Assembly: GCA_012295275.1 (NCBI GenBank) | Contig: CM022675.1 | Coordinates: 15,562,001 to 15,626,000, forward strand | Source: Chrysomallon squamiferum | Lineage: Eukaryota > Animalia > Mollusca | Direction of reading: 5' to 3' | Length of the DNA: 64,000 bases | Shown: one piece after another, positions 25,146 through 39,190 of the stretch | Numbering within the stretch: position 1 is the stretch's first letter | Layout: each line of letters opens with the position of its first letter | The notes under the pieces: model-generated | The model's input: only the letters and a program-made list of their open reading frames with translations | Told to the model about the DNA's origin: nothing | The model's database searches: none | Translations under genes and position numbers: made by a program

Positions 25146-27239
25146 TTATTATTATTATTATTATAACAGGTTAAGAATAGGTTATTCGAAATTGCGAAAT
25201 CTTAAAATCTATTTTGTGATATGTTACAGTAGATATAAATATATAGTAAAATAACTTAACAAAAGAAAAGTAGAAAAAAATATATATGTGTTTATATTAC
25301 ATTACCTAATATTATACACCGAATCTATGTAATCAGCTAATGCTATTTTAAAATTTTATTTTTTAAATTCTTCTTATTTATTTTGTGTTTTCCGTGTCGT
25401 ACTCGAAGTCTGTTTAATATTAACATTTTTACTAACTTTATTGTGATACAGTAAACCTCGCTAGTATTCAAATGGATCATCGGGTATACCGGATATCCGA
25501 TGTGTAGGTCACTGAATAACATCCCATATATATGTAAACAAACCATTCGGGCAGCCTTTGAAACCACGTGATCAAATATTGTCATTTGATTAAATGTTTA
25601 TTTGTATTCTACTTGTGTTTATAATTATGTCATTCATAATTAATTATCTATAACTTTAGTGAAAGAAGGATTTTAATTTCATGCAACGAACTTGGTTTTT
25701 AAGATATATATAACAATTTAATCAAATTTTATCACAGTGTATGTTTTAATAAAGCTTGAAAAAACGGGCCAAAATTACAGGAAATTTCGAATGACATTCA
25801 GTTACTCCATTGTTTTAAATTATCATCTTAATTTACAATGTTTTTTTGCTTTTGTTTTTTGTGATGGTTTTTTATTTTTTATTTTTTATTTTTTTTCCCT
25901 ACTCTTTCCAGTAATAAAAAAATAATCTTCTTCTTCTTCTTCTTCTTATTTCTTCTTAGTCTTATTATTATTATTATTATTATTTATTATTTTTTTTTTT
26001 TTTACCTTTACTATCAAATTATTTTAATTTTTTTTTTGAACTAATTTTAGATCAAATATTTACAGCCATTAGCAGGCACTAAAAAAATGCTTAACTCTCT
26101 TCCTCTTAGTCTGTGGTCACGATTCGTGATAAAATAACTCAATATAGATTAGCGCTTGTATTTGTATTGATTTTCGAACGCTTGAATAAAAATGGGATAA
26201 ATGGAAAATTTGAAATGTTATCTTTGTGTTTATTGCACGAATGTTACCTTGTGGAAAAAAAAAAAAAAAAATGAAGGTTTAATCTTAATTGGAAGTAGCC
26301 AGTTTGTTATGGTTTTGTGAACGTGTTTGACTAATATCGTTCATACACTACTTGTTTCGTTCACGAGATTTTGTCTACGAGTTTTCTTCATATAAACAAC
26401 CTCGACCAAACACAAATTAAATATCATCTGATTGTCCAATGTAAAAGTTTTGTAACGCGAAAGTAGTAGAAAAACCTTGATTAAAAATTTCTGTTAAGTC
26501 TATTAACTATTTTCAACCATCAGACACATTTCAAAAACATATCAGTGTAAAAAGCAAAATTTCTTCTCTTTTAAAAACACTTTGGAATTGAAGCTCAAGA
26601 TAACTACACAACAAACTGTTAGGCCTGAGAGATATGCCATGATTTTTTTATTTTTTTTTTTTTTTTTTTTTTTTTATCATGCCTGTAAAATACTGTTTCT
26701 TATCGGTTAGATTCAAACATTTATTTTGTTAATGAAGAACTCTACGGATCGATACAAACATAGAGAATGTTGTAACAGGTGCAAGAAGAAACTGAAAGAA
26801 AGCTAACTTATGATTGGTTACTTACTCTGCAAAATTTTTTTTTTTTCTTGTACTTAGATTTTACTATTTGTGTACAGGTGGACCATTTCATACGAACAAG
26901 TAAAAATAAAAAACAAGACAAAATAAGTTTATCCCCTTGATCAAAAAATCGGTCATCTAAGAGGGGTGTATTTTCTGTTCATTTTAATTATTATATTTTA
27001 GTTTTAAGAAATTAACATTATAAAAGTTATTTAATTCTACATCCATGTATTGGGGCTTCTCAATCTAATTGGAATAAAAATTTGTACATTCAGACCAGTT
27101 CATCACCCAGAGAGATGGCAACTTCTGGAAAGTTAAAATCATGAAGTTGCCTCAAAGGAGATGAAAGGTAATGAAACAAACTTGAAGACATATGTTGAAT
27201 AAATCTATGTACAAGTATCTAAATATTATCTTTAAATTT

Positions 27240-27272
<33 letters not shown>

Positions 27273-29902
27273 AAAAAAAAAAGAAAAAAAAAATGAAAAT
27301 GTTTGTTTCAAGGTAATATATTATTTATAATTTATAAAATTCAGCGAAAAACTGTCATAAAACACGTGTCTGTTCTAGAACCTCCTGAGGAGTTGGACAT
27401 GAGACAGCTTGACATTTAATTTTGAACTCACTGTTATCTCACTTTCATCAGGAAAGTAAAATAAATGTTCTGTTATTGATTGACACTACTGTCCGATTTA
27501 AAAAAAATAATAATAATAAAAAAGTTGATATTATTATTGGTTTACATTTCTGACCAGAGTAATCTGGAACAAGGACGAAATTGAATGAAAGCTGATTTTT
27601 TACTTCCTCTGTGTTAATATGCCATATAACACCAACCGCGCCCCAATGAGAACCCCCACCCCTAACAAAAACCAGTATTTTTGTATCAAAAAGGTTTCAT
27701 CACAAAATGCGATAAATAACAAAACTGAAATTTTAAAGTTATGACTACACAAATTTTACCCTGTTTCCGCTTTCTGGCAAAGGACAAAGCAGACGACGGT
27801 TACTGGCATTGAGAAAAGTTGTTTTATTTCAAAATGTCACATTCCAGTTTTTGTCTGAAAAGTGTCAGTGGCTGTATCTGGTTTTATAATGAAACTCTTC
27901 AAATACTCACACCATGCAAGAAGAAAAATGTCACTGAAACAAGGAAGAAAGACAACACATTACTGAGAGAAAACTTTTCCAGAGAAAAACGACTTCACTA
28001 TAAAAATATGTCACAATTAATCACGATATATAACGTTGATAAACAACACAAATAGTTTCCAAATAATACTTTTACACATATATAATTCACTTGTCCATTT
28101 TTATTAAAGAATATTTTAAATGATAAAGACAATTAATTAAAAGAAATATACTCTGTGTTATGGTTAAAGGTGTCATTTGTTACTGAGGGCAGTTAAGAAT
28201 ATGCAGAATGTGACATCACATCCTTCACCCAGTGTAGAATAAAAGAAAAAAAAAAATGTTGTCAGGGGGACAGATAAAATTTCAATTTAATTTAAAACTT
28301 AAAGAATTTATATGAACATAAACTGATGTTGTGTTCCACAGCATTCTACATTTAACATTTAAAATATTTTGATATACCTATTTCCAAATTAATAGAAACT
28401 ATCATAAAGAATATTTTTATTGGGATTTCTTTGTAATGTTTTGATAATAATATATTTCTAAGTTTTATCTAAATTCAAACACGAAAGTTTATCCCCCCTA
28501 CTAAAACACGGTTTACAATTTATTTTCATTTGGATATATATTACCGCAATATACAAAGCATAGATTATAAACAATTACTGAACAAACAAAATAAGGTTGT
28601 GAAAATTAAAAAATATATATTTTGTTTTAGGATATTCAAATAGTGCATGACACAAGGAACAGGTTATATCATTTTAATCTTAGTAACATCTGCTACACGT
28701 GAACAAGGTGAAAACGTGACTTTCTACAAAAATTAATTAAAATATAGAACATCTGATTATAAATAAAAGAAACATTTCTATGTAAATTTCAGAGATCTGA
28801 GAAGACGAGAACTGTTGTAAAAATGACTTTACTTCAAGTTTTTGTTATTTGCCTGGTTCTGCAGGTATCATACTCTAAGAGTAAGTATTCTGTATATTTA
28901 TATTTACAACACGTTACTTTTGGCTGTTGTATTCTTGTGTTTTTATATAGATAATGTCTTTCCTTCTTTCTTTCATTTTTAAGAGTATTTCTATGTCTAT
29001 TAAGTATTAACAATATTAACAATAACCTTTATAAGAGAATAGTCACTTCTGGCTGAATATAGTCACCAGTAGCATGATTCATATTCTGATCCATCATTAA
29101 TGAATTATACATCAGAAAATGCGTCCATTTTTTACAGAATGTTTAATTATACATCTGTTCTCCTTCTTTTCACCAGTGCGATTTACTGGTTCAAATCATC
29201 AAAATTATGACAACCGTCACCATACAATGTGAAAATGCTAACATTTAAAAAAAAAAAAATTATTGCAGAAACTAAAATATCGATATTACGTGGCCAAATC
29301 TCATTATGTTTCCACTTACTGGTAAATGCGAAATAAACCACAGTTACTGGCACTAAGAAATATTCTTTCATTTCAAAACAAGATATGTGCCATTCCAAGT
29401 TTTTGTTGGTTTACTTCAGACAGTGTCAGTGAATATCGGATGATGAATGTCTTCAAAAATAAATAGATAAAAGAGCAGAAACGAATCAGCATTTGATGAA
29501 TCCAACAACAATTCTGTGATATTAATACAGGTATATCAGTATTTGTTGCTGAAACTTGACACGTGACTAATTTTAGTTAAATCTTCAGATTCCTCTATTT
29601 ATTTATTAAGAGATTACATTTTCAACTCATTTCTGTTCCAAATTTGTATTTATGTATGCATGTAATAATTACATCTGTCAGTTTCAAACAAATGTATTAT
29701 TCAATGGAAAAATATATTATATTATATTATCTTTTAACTTTGAAATAGTCATTGTTCTTAGTTAATGGGATGTCCTCTGTTGGCACATTTGTCACTCTGA
29801 TCACAGCCGCAAGCAAACAAACTTACTGACTCAAATTTATACAAAAAGACACAGGCACGCATCAAAACAGAGATATTTATTTCATTTCATTTCTGATTTC
29901 AG

Positions 29903-30805
29903 AGTGTTTGAACGGTGGAACTAAAGTAGGAAACAAATGTGAATGCACTGACGAGTTTTATGGAGGAATCTGTAAAAAAAGTAAGTAAATTTTTTAATTA
30001 GAGTGATGATCTTTTTATTACGATGCCATGACATAACATAACATAACATGATGTCACATAACGTCTTATAACATAAAATTACATTAGCAAAAATATAAGG
30101 GAAGTCACTCTGTTATCTTATTGGGTAATTCTAATTCATACTGGAGTATTTTTAGATATAGATATTGCAGCTTAATCGTTCATTTACAGCATTTTCTTTC
30201 TCGCTATATTTTGATTGATCTATGGCTAACAGAGTAGTCAGTCCACATAGATCACATATAACAATAAAAATAAAACTAATAAGAAATTAAATAAAATCGA
30301 AAATGAAATCTTACATTAAATAACCATTAACTACTGGTTGAATTAATCTGTCGTCAAATAAAATGCATTTTTTGTGTTTCTCGTTTCGTGGTCAGGTTGT
30401 GCCGATGGTGCTATGAAGGAAGCTAAAGAGGGCTTGAAAAAGGCATGTGAATTCCAAATTGTCTCCACGAACTGTGAAAAAACATGCGAACTATGTTCAC
30501 GTAAGTGTACTGTCATCTGTCGAGGAAAGTGTGTTCATTCTGATAGAGAACGCTCGTGTAATTAGAAGATTAAAAAAATAACAATAATAATGAATATATA
30601 ATATATTTTTTGTTCCATTTGTGTTACAATATTTTAGTAATATGTTTATTATTACAGTTGTCAGTTATTAATATTTTAATGATAAATAAAAACTAATCAA
30701 ATGGTAATGATATTAGTGATAATCATGATAATATGAATATTACGACTATGATAATGATAATCTGTATTTTAATAATAATAATGACTAATAATAACATAAT
30801 AATAA

Positions 30806-30836
<31 letters not shown>

Positions 30837-31288
30837 ATGGTGATGATAATAATAATACAAATTTCTTTGCAGCACCTATGTCATGCTCTGATGCCTCCCC
30901 TTTTCTCTGCGGTTTAATGGGTCAACTAATTGACATGGCAGGAAAAGGGAAATTTTGCGCAGACCATCCTATGAAGTGCCAGTCAATTTGTCCATGTAAT
31001 ATGACTTTATTATCTGTTTACTGTTAATGTTATTTTTAGTGTAAGAATATTCCATAAAGAAAAACAATTCAGAGAAAACGGAAATATACTATGAATTGTT
31101 TTAAAATTATTTTGTTTTTAAATGAAAAAAAAAAAAAAAACATCAACGAGAATTGATCTTACTAAACACTGCTTTTTGAGTGATCTATGGTTAACTGATT
31201 TTAAACAAAATATGAACGATATACATATAATAAGTATAAATTTTGTAGTTCATGTTTATGTAAAATAATTTTATTTTATTTTTCAGAA
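29903..31288 (+). CDS. 3' exons of a Cys-rich protein, EGF-like + two ShK-like modules (copy A)
   Basis: Phase-1 exons 29903-29980 (CLNGGTKVGNKCECTDEFYGGICKK), 30396-30500 (CADG...ACEFQIVSTNCEKTCELCS), 30873-30995 (CSDASPFLC...FCADHPMKCQSICP). Terminal exon starts at 31287, with AATAAA at ~31348. Confidence 0.8.
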
Positions 31289-31405
31289 AACAGAAACTCT
31301 AAAGAAAAAACCCATGCAGTACAGTACATCACTGCTCATTTCAAGAAAATAAATAATACTATCAGCTGTAATTTTGTTATTTATTTTTCACGCACTAGAC
31401 CCCCA

Positions 31406-31536
<131 letters not shown>

Positions 31537-33112
31537 ATTCAAGAGAAGGTCACAAACATAAACATATCTTTTGATCTTGAGCTATTCATATTATAACATG
31601 GAACTGTTGTTACCATTTGTTAATTTCTGTATTATTACAGCTATTACTAATGTCACTATTACTTCTTCAACTGTTATAATGGAGGTGATAAAAGTAAATA
31701 CACTGCATTTAAACGTGAAAATGTCAAACAGCAACAATCGTAAAAAACTTGTGACTATTGTTTAGCATTCATGAATCATATTTATGATGTCCAGGAAACC
31801 TCTAAATTTTGTGTTGCTTGGTGGGCGGTTTTTATTATATTCTCAATGATCGAACGCCCTGTCTTGAAAAATCACCATCAATCTAACCCACTGTTACGTG
31901 ACGCCATCAAATTCAGTGCATATGTATTTATAATTGTTGTTGCTTGTATTATTATTACCATCATCATCATCGTACTTATCAGTTATTTATTTACTTTAAT
32001 GGTAGATTATGAGAAAACAAAATTTATGATCAGACTATTCTAAAAATGTCTGCTTGGGAGTAACCGAAATATCTATTTAAGTATAATTCTTCAACTAAAT
32101 ACAATTTCTTTAAATCAAATATTTTAGATTGCAATATTTTTATTTACGTTTATAAGATTTATTGTGAATTTTAAAAATATGTTATAGGATCGTCGCATTT
32201 CTTTCTTGCAAAGAAAAGAAAAGAATGGTCAAATAAAGTAAGATTTTCTAATGTAACTTATGCTTTGCTAATGCATATAATGCACGTCAAAAGTCATTAT
32301 AATTATGTTTAACAGGTAATCTTTTAGTTTAGATGTACCAGTATTTAGCAGACGTTTTACTAAATATTTTGGTGTGTCCATTTTGTCATGCCAGTACAAA
32401 GTGTAAATTTAATCTGCATGATTACCGATTTATATTCAAATTTGATTTTATAAATTTACTATTAATAAATTTATTATATATTTCGTTCTCTGACCAAACT
32501 TTTAGATATTAAAATTAGGAATTTATAAGATTATTTTAAGAATGATTTACTATTAGTAATGCCACCGCCACCCACCACAATGTCTTCAGATTTAAATGAT
32601 TTCTTAAAATTTAGCAAACCAATAAAATTCATAATTAGTTCAGTTAGTTGCAATATTAGGCACCGCTCTCGGATTTAAACGGGAAACGGGTGAAGGGAGA
32701 TAACTTTATCCATCCTACTTATAGTATTACGCCAGTCCTACTTTAATTTATTTATTTTATTTATTTTTTTTTTTTTTTTATTGTATCTGTATACATTGTA
32801 CCTAATGGTTTTTTTTTTCAAAATTATTTATTTATTTAATTTTTCTAACCATCCATGCAGCTATATCTTCCATACAAACAAATGAAGCTAAAATAAATCC
32901 CATACAGGCAAGTCGTAAAAGAATTATACATATCTAGTCTGATATATTCATTATGTAAAAACAATATATTTACCTTGATAAAATTATTATACAAATGTCA
33001 CTATCATGATTAAATGTGTGTCGCCTAATAACTTAATAATCACTGAGGTGGGCTTAAATATTTAAAAATGCCAGCAATTAAAATGATATTGTGATCAACA
33101 GTCAATGAACAA

Positions 33113-33825
33113 TTAACATGTTATTGCCTGGAAGCAGACAGAACTTGTATATAACATGTCAACATTACAACAAAAAAAAACACAATTAAAAAATGAAAAC
33201 ACTTTCTTGAAATACCAGTATGATTTTATTAAATTTATAGTTTGTATAAACAAAAATGAAAAAAAAAAAAATCTCTTCCAATCTTGACAAGAAATAGACT
33301 TCTGAGATCAGGATAAAAAAAGAAAAAAAGAAAGAAATTGTGTATGACATATAAAGATCAATTAATTTTTTTTATATCTAATTATGTTACTGATTCAATT
33401 TTATTTCTTGGAAAATATTAACATAGTCATTAAACATAATTTAGATTATTAACATGTTATTGCCTGGAAGCAGACAGAACTTGTATATAACATGTCAACA
33501 TTACAACAAAAAAAAACACAAAAAAAAAATGTAACTGAACTGAACAGATATCTGTTTATATATTTTATTTAAATAGTTTCAGTTTCACAGTAAAATAAGT
33601 GTAGTATTTAAACAACGAATGTCTACATGTGAGCCATACACACAATGTATTTATTAATAATGTGTATATTAGAGAAAAAAAAATTACTATAATTTTAAAT
33701 ATATAAATCACATTAAATAAGGAATATCAGTTTGAAAAGTCTAATGAGAATGAAATTCTAATAATAATTTTTTTTTCAAGAACAATAAATAAAAAAAAAA
33801 AAAAAAAAAAAAACGATGTTCAAAA

Positions 33826-33856
<31 letters not shown>

Positions 33857-34485
33857 GAAAAAACAAAAAGAAGGAACCAGCAAAATGATGATTAAAAAAG
33901 AAATAAATGAATAAAACAAATTAAAAAATGAAAACACTTTCTTGAAATACCAGTATGATTTTATTAAATTTATAGTTTGTATAAACAAAAATGAAAAAAA
34001 AAAAAAAAATCTTTTCCCATCTTGACAAGAAATAGACTTCTGAGATCAGGATAAAAAAAGAAAAAAAGAAAGAAATTGTGTATGACATATAAAGATCAAT
34101 TAATTTTTTTTATATCTAATTATGTTACTGATTCAATTTTATTTCTTGGAAAATATTAACATAGTCATTAAACTTAATCTTCTTTTTACATTAGAAAAGT
34201 TTTTACAAGACCTAGATCAAGTGATGATGTAACAAAATGTCTGTTCCACATTTAGAATACAATGACACTAACAAATTGTTTTAAAATAATAAATCAACAT
34301 TCCAACTATCACATAAATAGATAATATATAAGGGGAGGCACTAGAAAGAAAATTATTTTCATCTTTTGGCACTAATTATCTTCCACTGACTTTGAAGTAA
34401 CTGAAACATGTTTTGACATAATGAAACTGGTAACTGTTAAAGTGTATCTTTGCCTAAAAAAACTGAATGGATATTTTTATTATTT

Positions 34486-34520
<35 letters not shown>

Positions 34521-37500
34521 TTTGTTTATTTATTTTTCAAAATATATGGTTTATCTTTATTGGTATTTTTCATCCAGACAAGAAATTAAAAGTGACCAAA
34601 GCCATAAGTGTTCTGCAAAAAAACATTTCGTGTTTTCTGTCAATGTACATACAAATAACAGAAAAATTGGAATAAATATTTACTTTCTAAATCACTCATT
34701 TTTCTAAAGTTAATGAGATACTAATCTATAAACCATCAATCCTATATTTGAACAGCTATATCATTTCTACAAACAAGTGAACCTAAAAGAATACCCACAG
34801 AGGCAACTGATAACAGAAATGAATATATCTACTCTGATATAATTATTATAAACAATATATCTACTGCTATAATTATTATATATAAACAATATATCTACTA
34901 ATATAATTATTATATCTAAACAATATATCTACTCTGATATAATTATTATATAAAAACAGTACATCTTCTCTGATGTAATTATATGTAAACAGTATATCCA
35001 ATATAATATTTACTATGATGTAATTATTATATTAAAAACAGTATATTTACTTTCATATAATTGCTACATAAAAACAATATTTTAACTTTGAAATAATTAT
35101 TATATAAAAAATATATATATATATATATATTTACTTGGATATAAACAAATGTGTGTCACCTAGTGATTTAATAATCACTGAGGTTTAAATATTCATCTGT
35201 ATGTTTTACAGACCACTAATGAAAGCAGAAAGGACAGGAAAAAGGACAGGACTATTTCTACTTATATCACTTTTTATGATTTAAGTTTTTTGTAAATAAC
35301 CAATGAAAGTAAATTAATGTTCTGATCCCAACTTGTACATAAACCTTTAACTTATTGTATTTTAAATTCACTATAGATGAAAATAAAAAATTACATTTTT
35401 TTTTCTTCAAAAAAGCACTGTAAATATCTGAACATATTTGTTTTAAAGATGTTTAAATTCAATTTTTTGTAAAATAAATCCTAAAAGAATACCCACAGAG
35501 GCAACTGATAACAGAAATGAATATATCTACTCTGATATAATTATTATATCTAAACAGTATATCTACTCTGATATAATTATATATAAACAGTATATCTACT
35601 CTGATATAATTATTATATCTAAACAGTATATCTACTCTGATATAATTATATATAAACAGTATATCTACTCTGATATAATTATTATATAAAAACAGTATAG
35701 TTACTCTGATATAATTAATATATAAAATTAGTATATCTACTTCAATATAATTACTACACAAAAAACAACATATTTACTTTGATGGAATTATCACATAAAA
35801 ACAGTATATCTACTCCAATATAATTACTATATAAAAACAATATATTTACTCCAGTATAATTACCAATATAAAAAACAACATATTTACTTTGATGGAATTA
35901 TCATAACTTAGATTAACATTTTATTCAGTTTAACAGATATAACTTGTATATAATATGTTGACAATGATTTATTAATATAATTAAATGCAAATAACTGAAG
36001 ACTGCTTGCCAACTGCAAAACTGGTCATGGAATCATTAAAAAAAACACAAAAAACAATGTAGGCAAAATGTACTTCAAGTGATATTGTTAAAACCTGAAG
36101 GTGAATTAGAACTTCACTGAACTGTAGCATGTGAAATATTCATTAATTTTAGAAATATCTAATAATATTACTGATCTTATTTTATTTCTTGAAATAAAAT
36201 AAAAATATTGTCATCAGACTGAGTCTCTTTTTACAACATTAGAAAACAGTTTTTATAAAATCCAGATTTTGAAATGTTAAAATGTTTTAGAGCAAATTTT
36301 AGAGGAAAAAAATGATAAAAAAATGAAAAAAAATAAAAAAAAAAAAAATAAATAAATAAATAAATAAATAAATAAATATATATATAAATAAGAACTATTC
36401 AGTTTAAAAACAGATATTAAACAACTGAAACCCAGTAGAATATAACATATTTTCATCTTCTAGGATTAACAAATTTCCATTGCAGAAGTACTATCACTTC
36501 TTAGTGCAAGATGTTTATTTATTAATCTCAGTGTTCTCAGAAAGATATTGATTTACCTAATTCTATACAAAACACTTTAATAAAATAGTGAATTCAGAAT
36601 GTCTTTCTATTACTTCTACAGTATGAATTTTAAAGTTGTTTGGAAGATTATGTATTGTGAAAAGAATATTACAGATATTACAGGGTAGGAGATATTTGAA
36701 TAACCACTTATAAAGTGTAATAAAAATGCTTTACTAATTTTTAAAGAAATATTATGAATGTAGAAGAGTGAAAAATACAAGCACTTATTGATGAGACTGA
36801 CATGGATACTGGGTTTGTTCTTTCTGTGTATTACTACAATCTGTAAAAAAAAAAAAAAAAAAAAAACCGAAAGAAAAACAAAAAAGCAGCAAAATGATAA
36901 AAAACAAATAAATAAAATGCAAATGTAAAAACCCAAATGAAATATATATATAATTCCAACTCGTTGCAAATTAAAAAGTCTATACTCTTTATTGAAGTAC
37001 CAATATCATTTTATTAAATGTATAGATGGTTTAAAAAAAAAAATTAAAAAAAAATCTCTTCCCATCTTGATAAGAAATAGACTTCTGAGATCAGGTCAAA
37101 AAAAAAAAAAGAAATTGTGTAAAAGCTATGACATAAAAACCAAATAATTTTTTATATATCTAATTATGGTACTGATTCTATTTTATTTCTTGGAAAATAT
37201 TAACATAGTCATTAAACTCAGTCTCCTTTTTACAACATTAGAAAACCGTTTTTACATGAACCAGATCAAGTGATGATGTTACAAAATTTCTGTTCCACAT
37301 TTAGAATACAATAACAATAACAAATTGTTTAAAAATAATAAAACAGCATTCCAACTATCACATAAATAGGTAATATATAAGGGAAGGCACTAGAAAGAAA
37401 ATTATTTTCATCTTTGGCACTAATTATCTTCCACTGACTTTGAAGTAACTGAAACATGTTTTGACATAATGAAACTGCTCCATAAACAATTAATATTTTA

Positions 37501-38915
37501 TTTAAATTAAATACAAAATGAAAATAACAAATATTATCAAGAGTTCATATTTGTTTGTTGTGTAACTCTGATCTTAAATGATGATACAGAAGTGTCACAA
37601 CAAGTACTACAATGAAGCGATTTTTAGTGCCTAAGAAAAATAAACAAATATCATTAACTATAAAAATAATTACCACATATTCTCAAGCAGTTTACAACTA
37701 ACTCAGGCTATCAGTATATCTTAGTGTTCAGCTGACATTCTTACAGGCTGTTAATGGAAAGAGTCACTGTCTGAATGCTAATAACATGAATTATGGTATA
37801 TATGAAAGAAGCTGTTTGGGAATGAAAGAGCATATGAAAAAAATGAATTATGTTTTGGAAAAGGAGCAGCAAAAAATAGAAAAAAGTTGTTTTAGGATCA
37901 GCCTAAGTAAAGCAAAAATTGCTGACATCAACAAATCTCTTTTGGAAGAATGTATTACGTTCATGGTCAAACATTCTAGAAAAATGTGAATCTACAAGGG
38001 ACATGATAAAAATATTACTGATTTTATATAACTCTCATATTAAAATTGATAAATAAATGTGTTTATAAATTATTATAAATTATGGGCAAATAAAGGATCT
38101 GTTTGCTAATGCTTCTAGCTTTTATATGTTGCATTTAGAAAAAATAAATAAAAATTACTTTTGACCCCACCATTTCCATTTTACAATACCTAACATTAGC
38201 AATACAAATTTATAAACTGGCTTTACATGCAGACCAAGTAACATTACAATGCCAGGAATTCCTAACTTTCTAGAAGAACCAATTAAAACAAATGTTTTGT
38301 AAAAAGTTCTATGATGATTGTATAATAGAAACTACTTCAAAACTTAAAATAAATGTAAAAATAAAATGTAAGCATATTTCAAGAATAGAGTTTTATAGAG
38401 TTCTGTAACAATCTGTGGAAAAGTATATATATCTTCTTCCATTCAAGCTAACTAGAAACAGGGCTTAGATATTTTCAGTGCAAATTATTGTTATTTATCT
38501 TAACAACAAACAAGCATTTGATATTACGTGGTATAAAAGATTCAGATCAGTGTTAATTCTGTCATATGTTTAGTGAAGATTTAATGCACATTTTTTGGTT
38601 ATGCAAACATATTCAAACATTCTAGTAATAATCAACACTGTTATAATCTAGATTTTTTTGGATCTAAATTGAGACATCAAAACTTAAAGAAAAAAGAAAA
38701 TAAATAAAAACATTAAAACTTAAAAGAAAATGTCATCAAGATATATAAGGCTTCTACAAAAGGAAAATTAACACTGCTAACATAATTCATACATTGTCTA
38801 AATCACTCAATTTTCGGAAGTTAATGTGACAATCCATCTAGTATTTCAACAGAGTTTGAGAACAAAATAAATGTCTCTTTTATTATTTTCTTTTTTATTT
38901 ATTTATTTATTTATT

Positions 38916-38950
<35 letters not shown>

Positions 38951-39190
38951 TATCATCATCATCATTATTTCAAAATATATGGTTTATTATTATTAGTATC
39001 TTACAGGTTTCATCCCAACAACAAAATAAAATCCACTTATTTACTTCAATGAATGTTTCATGCCTTCTATTAAGGTATGTATAAAGAAAAGAAAAATTAC
39101 ACATCTTTACTTTGTAAATCGTTCATTTTTCTAACCATCCATCCAATATTTTAACAGCCATATCTTCATTACAAACAAGTGAACCTGAAA
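33113..39190. repeat. Mosaic of local direct duplications
   Basis: 33113-33184=33449-33520; 33185-33435=33920-34173; ~33950-34430=~36995-37477; 34520-34790 resembles 38970-39190 and 57225-57420. Confidence 0.85.
34781..35905. repeat. Two blocks of a 33-37-bp minisatellite
   Basis: ATATCTACTCTGATATAATTATTATATAAAAACAGT-like units at ~34820-35110 and ~35520-35905, each preceded by CCTAAAAGAATACCCACAGAGGCAACTGATAACAGAAATG. Confidence 0.9.

Noticed and set aside
25449-25600. TA-CAGTAAACCTCG pogo-like left TIR
   Set aside because: No matching right TIR was found, so the element cannot be delimited.
27540-27590. HF-TRVIWNK as a CAP-domain HFTQVVW remnant
   Set aside because: Needs a frameshift, and the motif is not preserved in the copy B paralogue.
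37786-37989. Possible LINE RT fragment (similarly KRIENGKSVPVDQLTAEW at ~51180-51240)
   Set aside because: Resemblance is too short and degenerate to call without a search.
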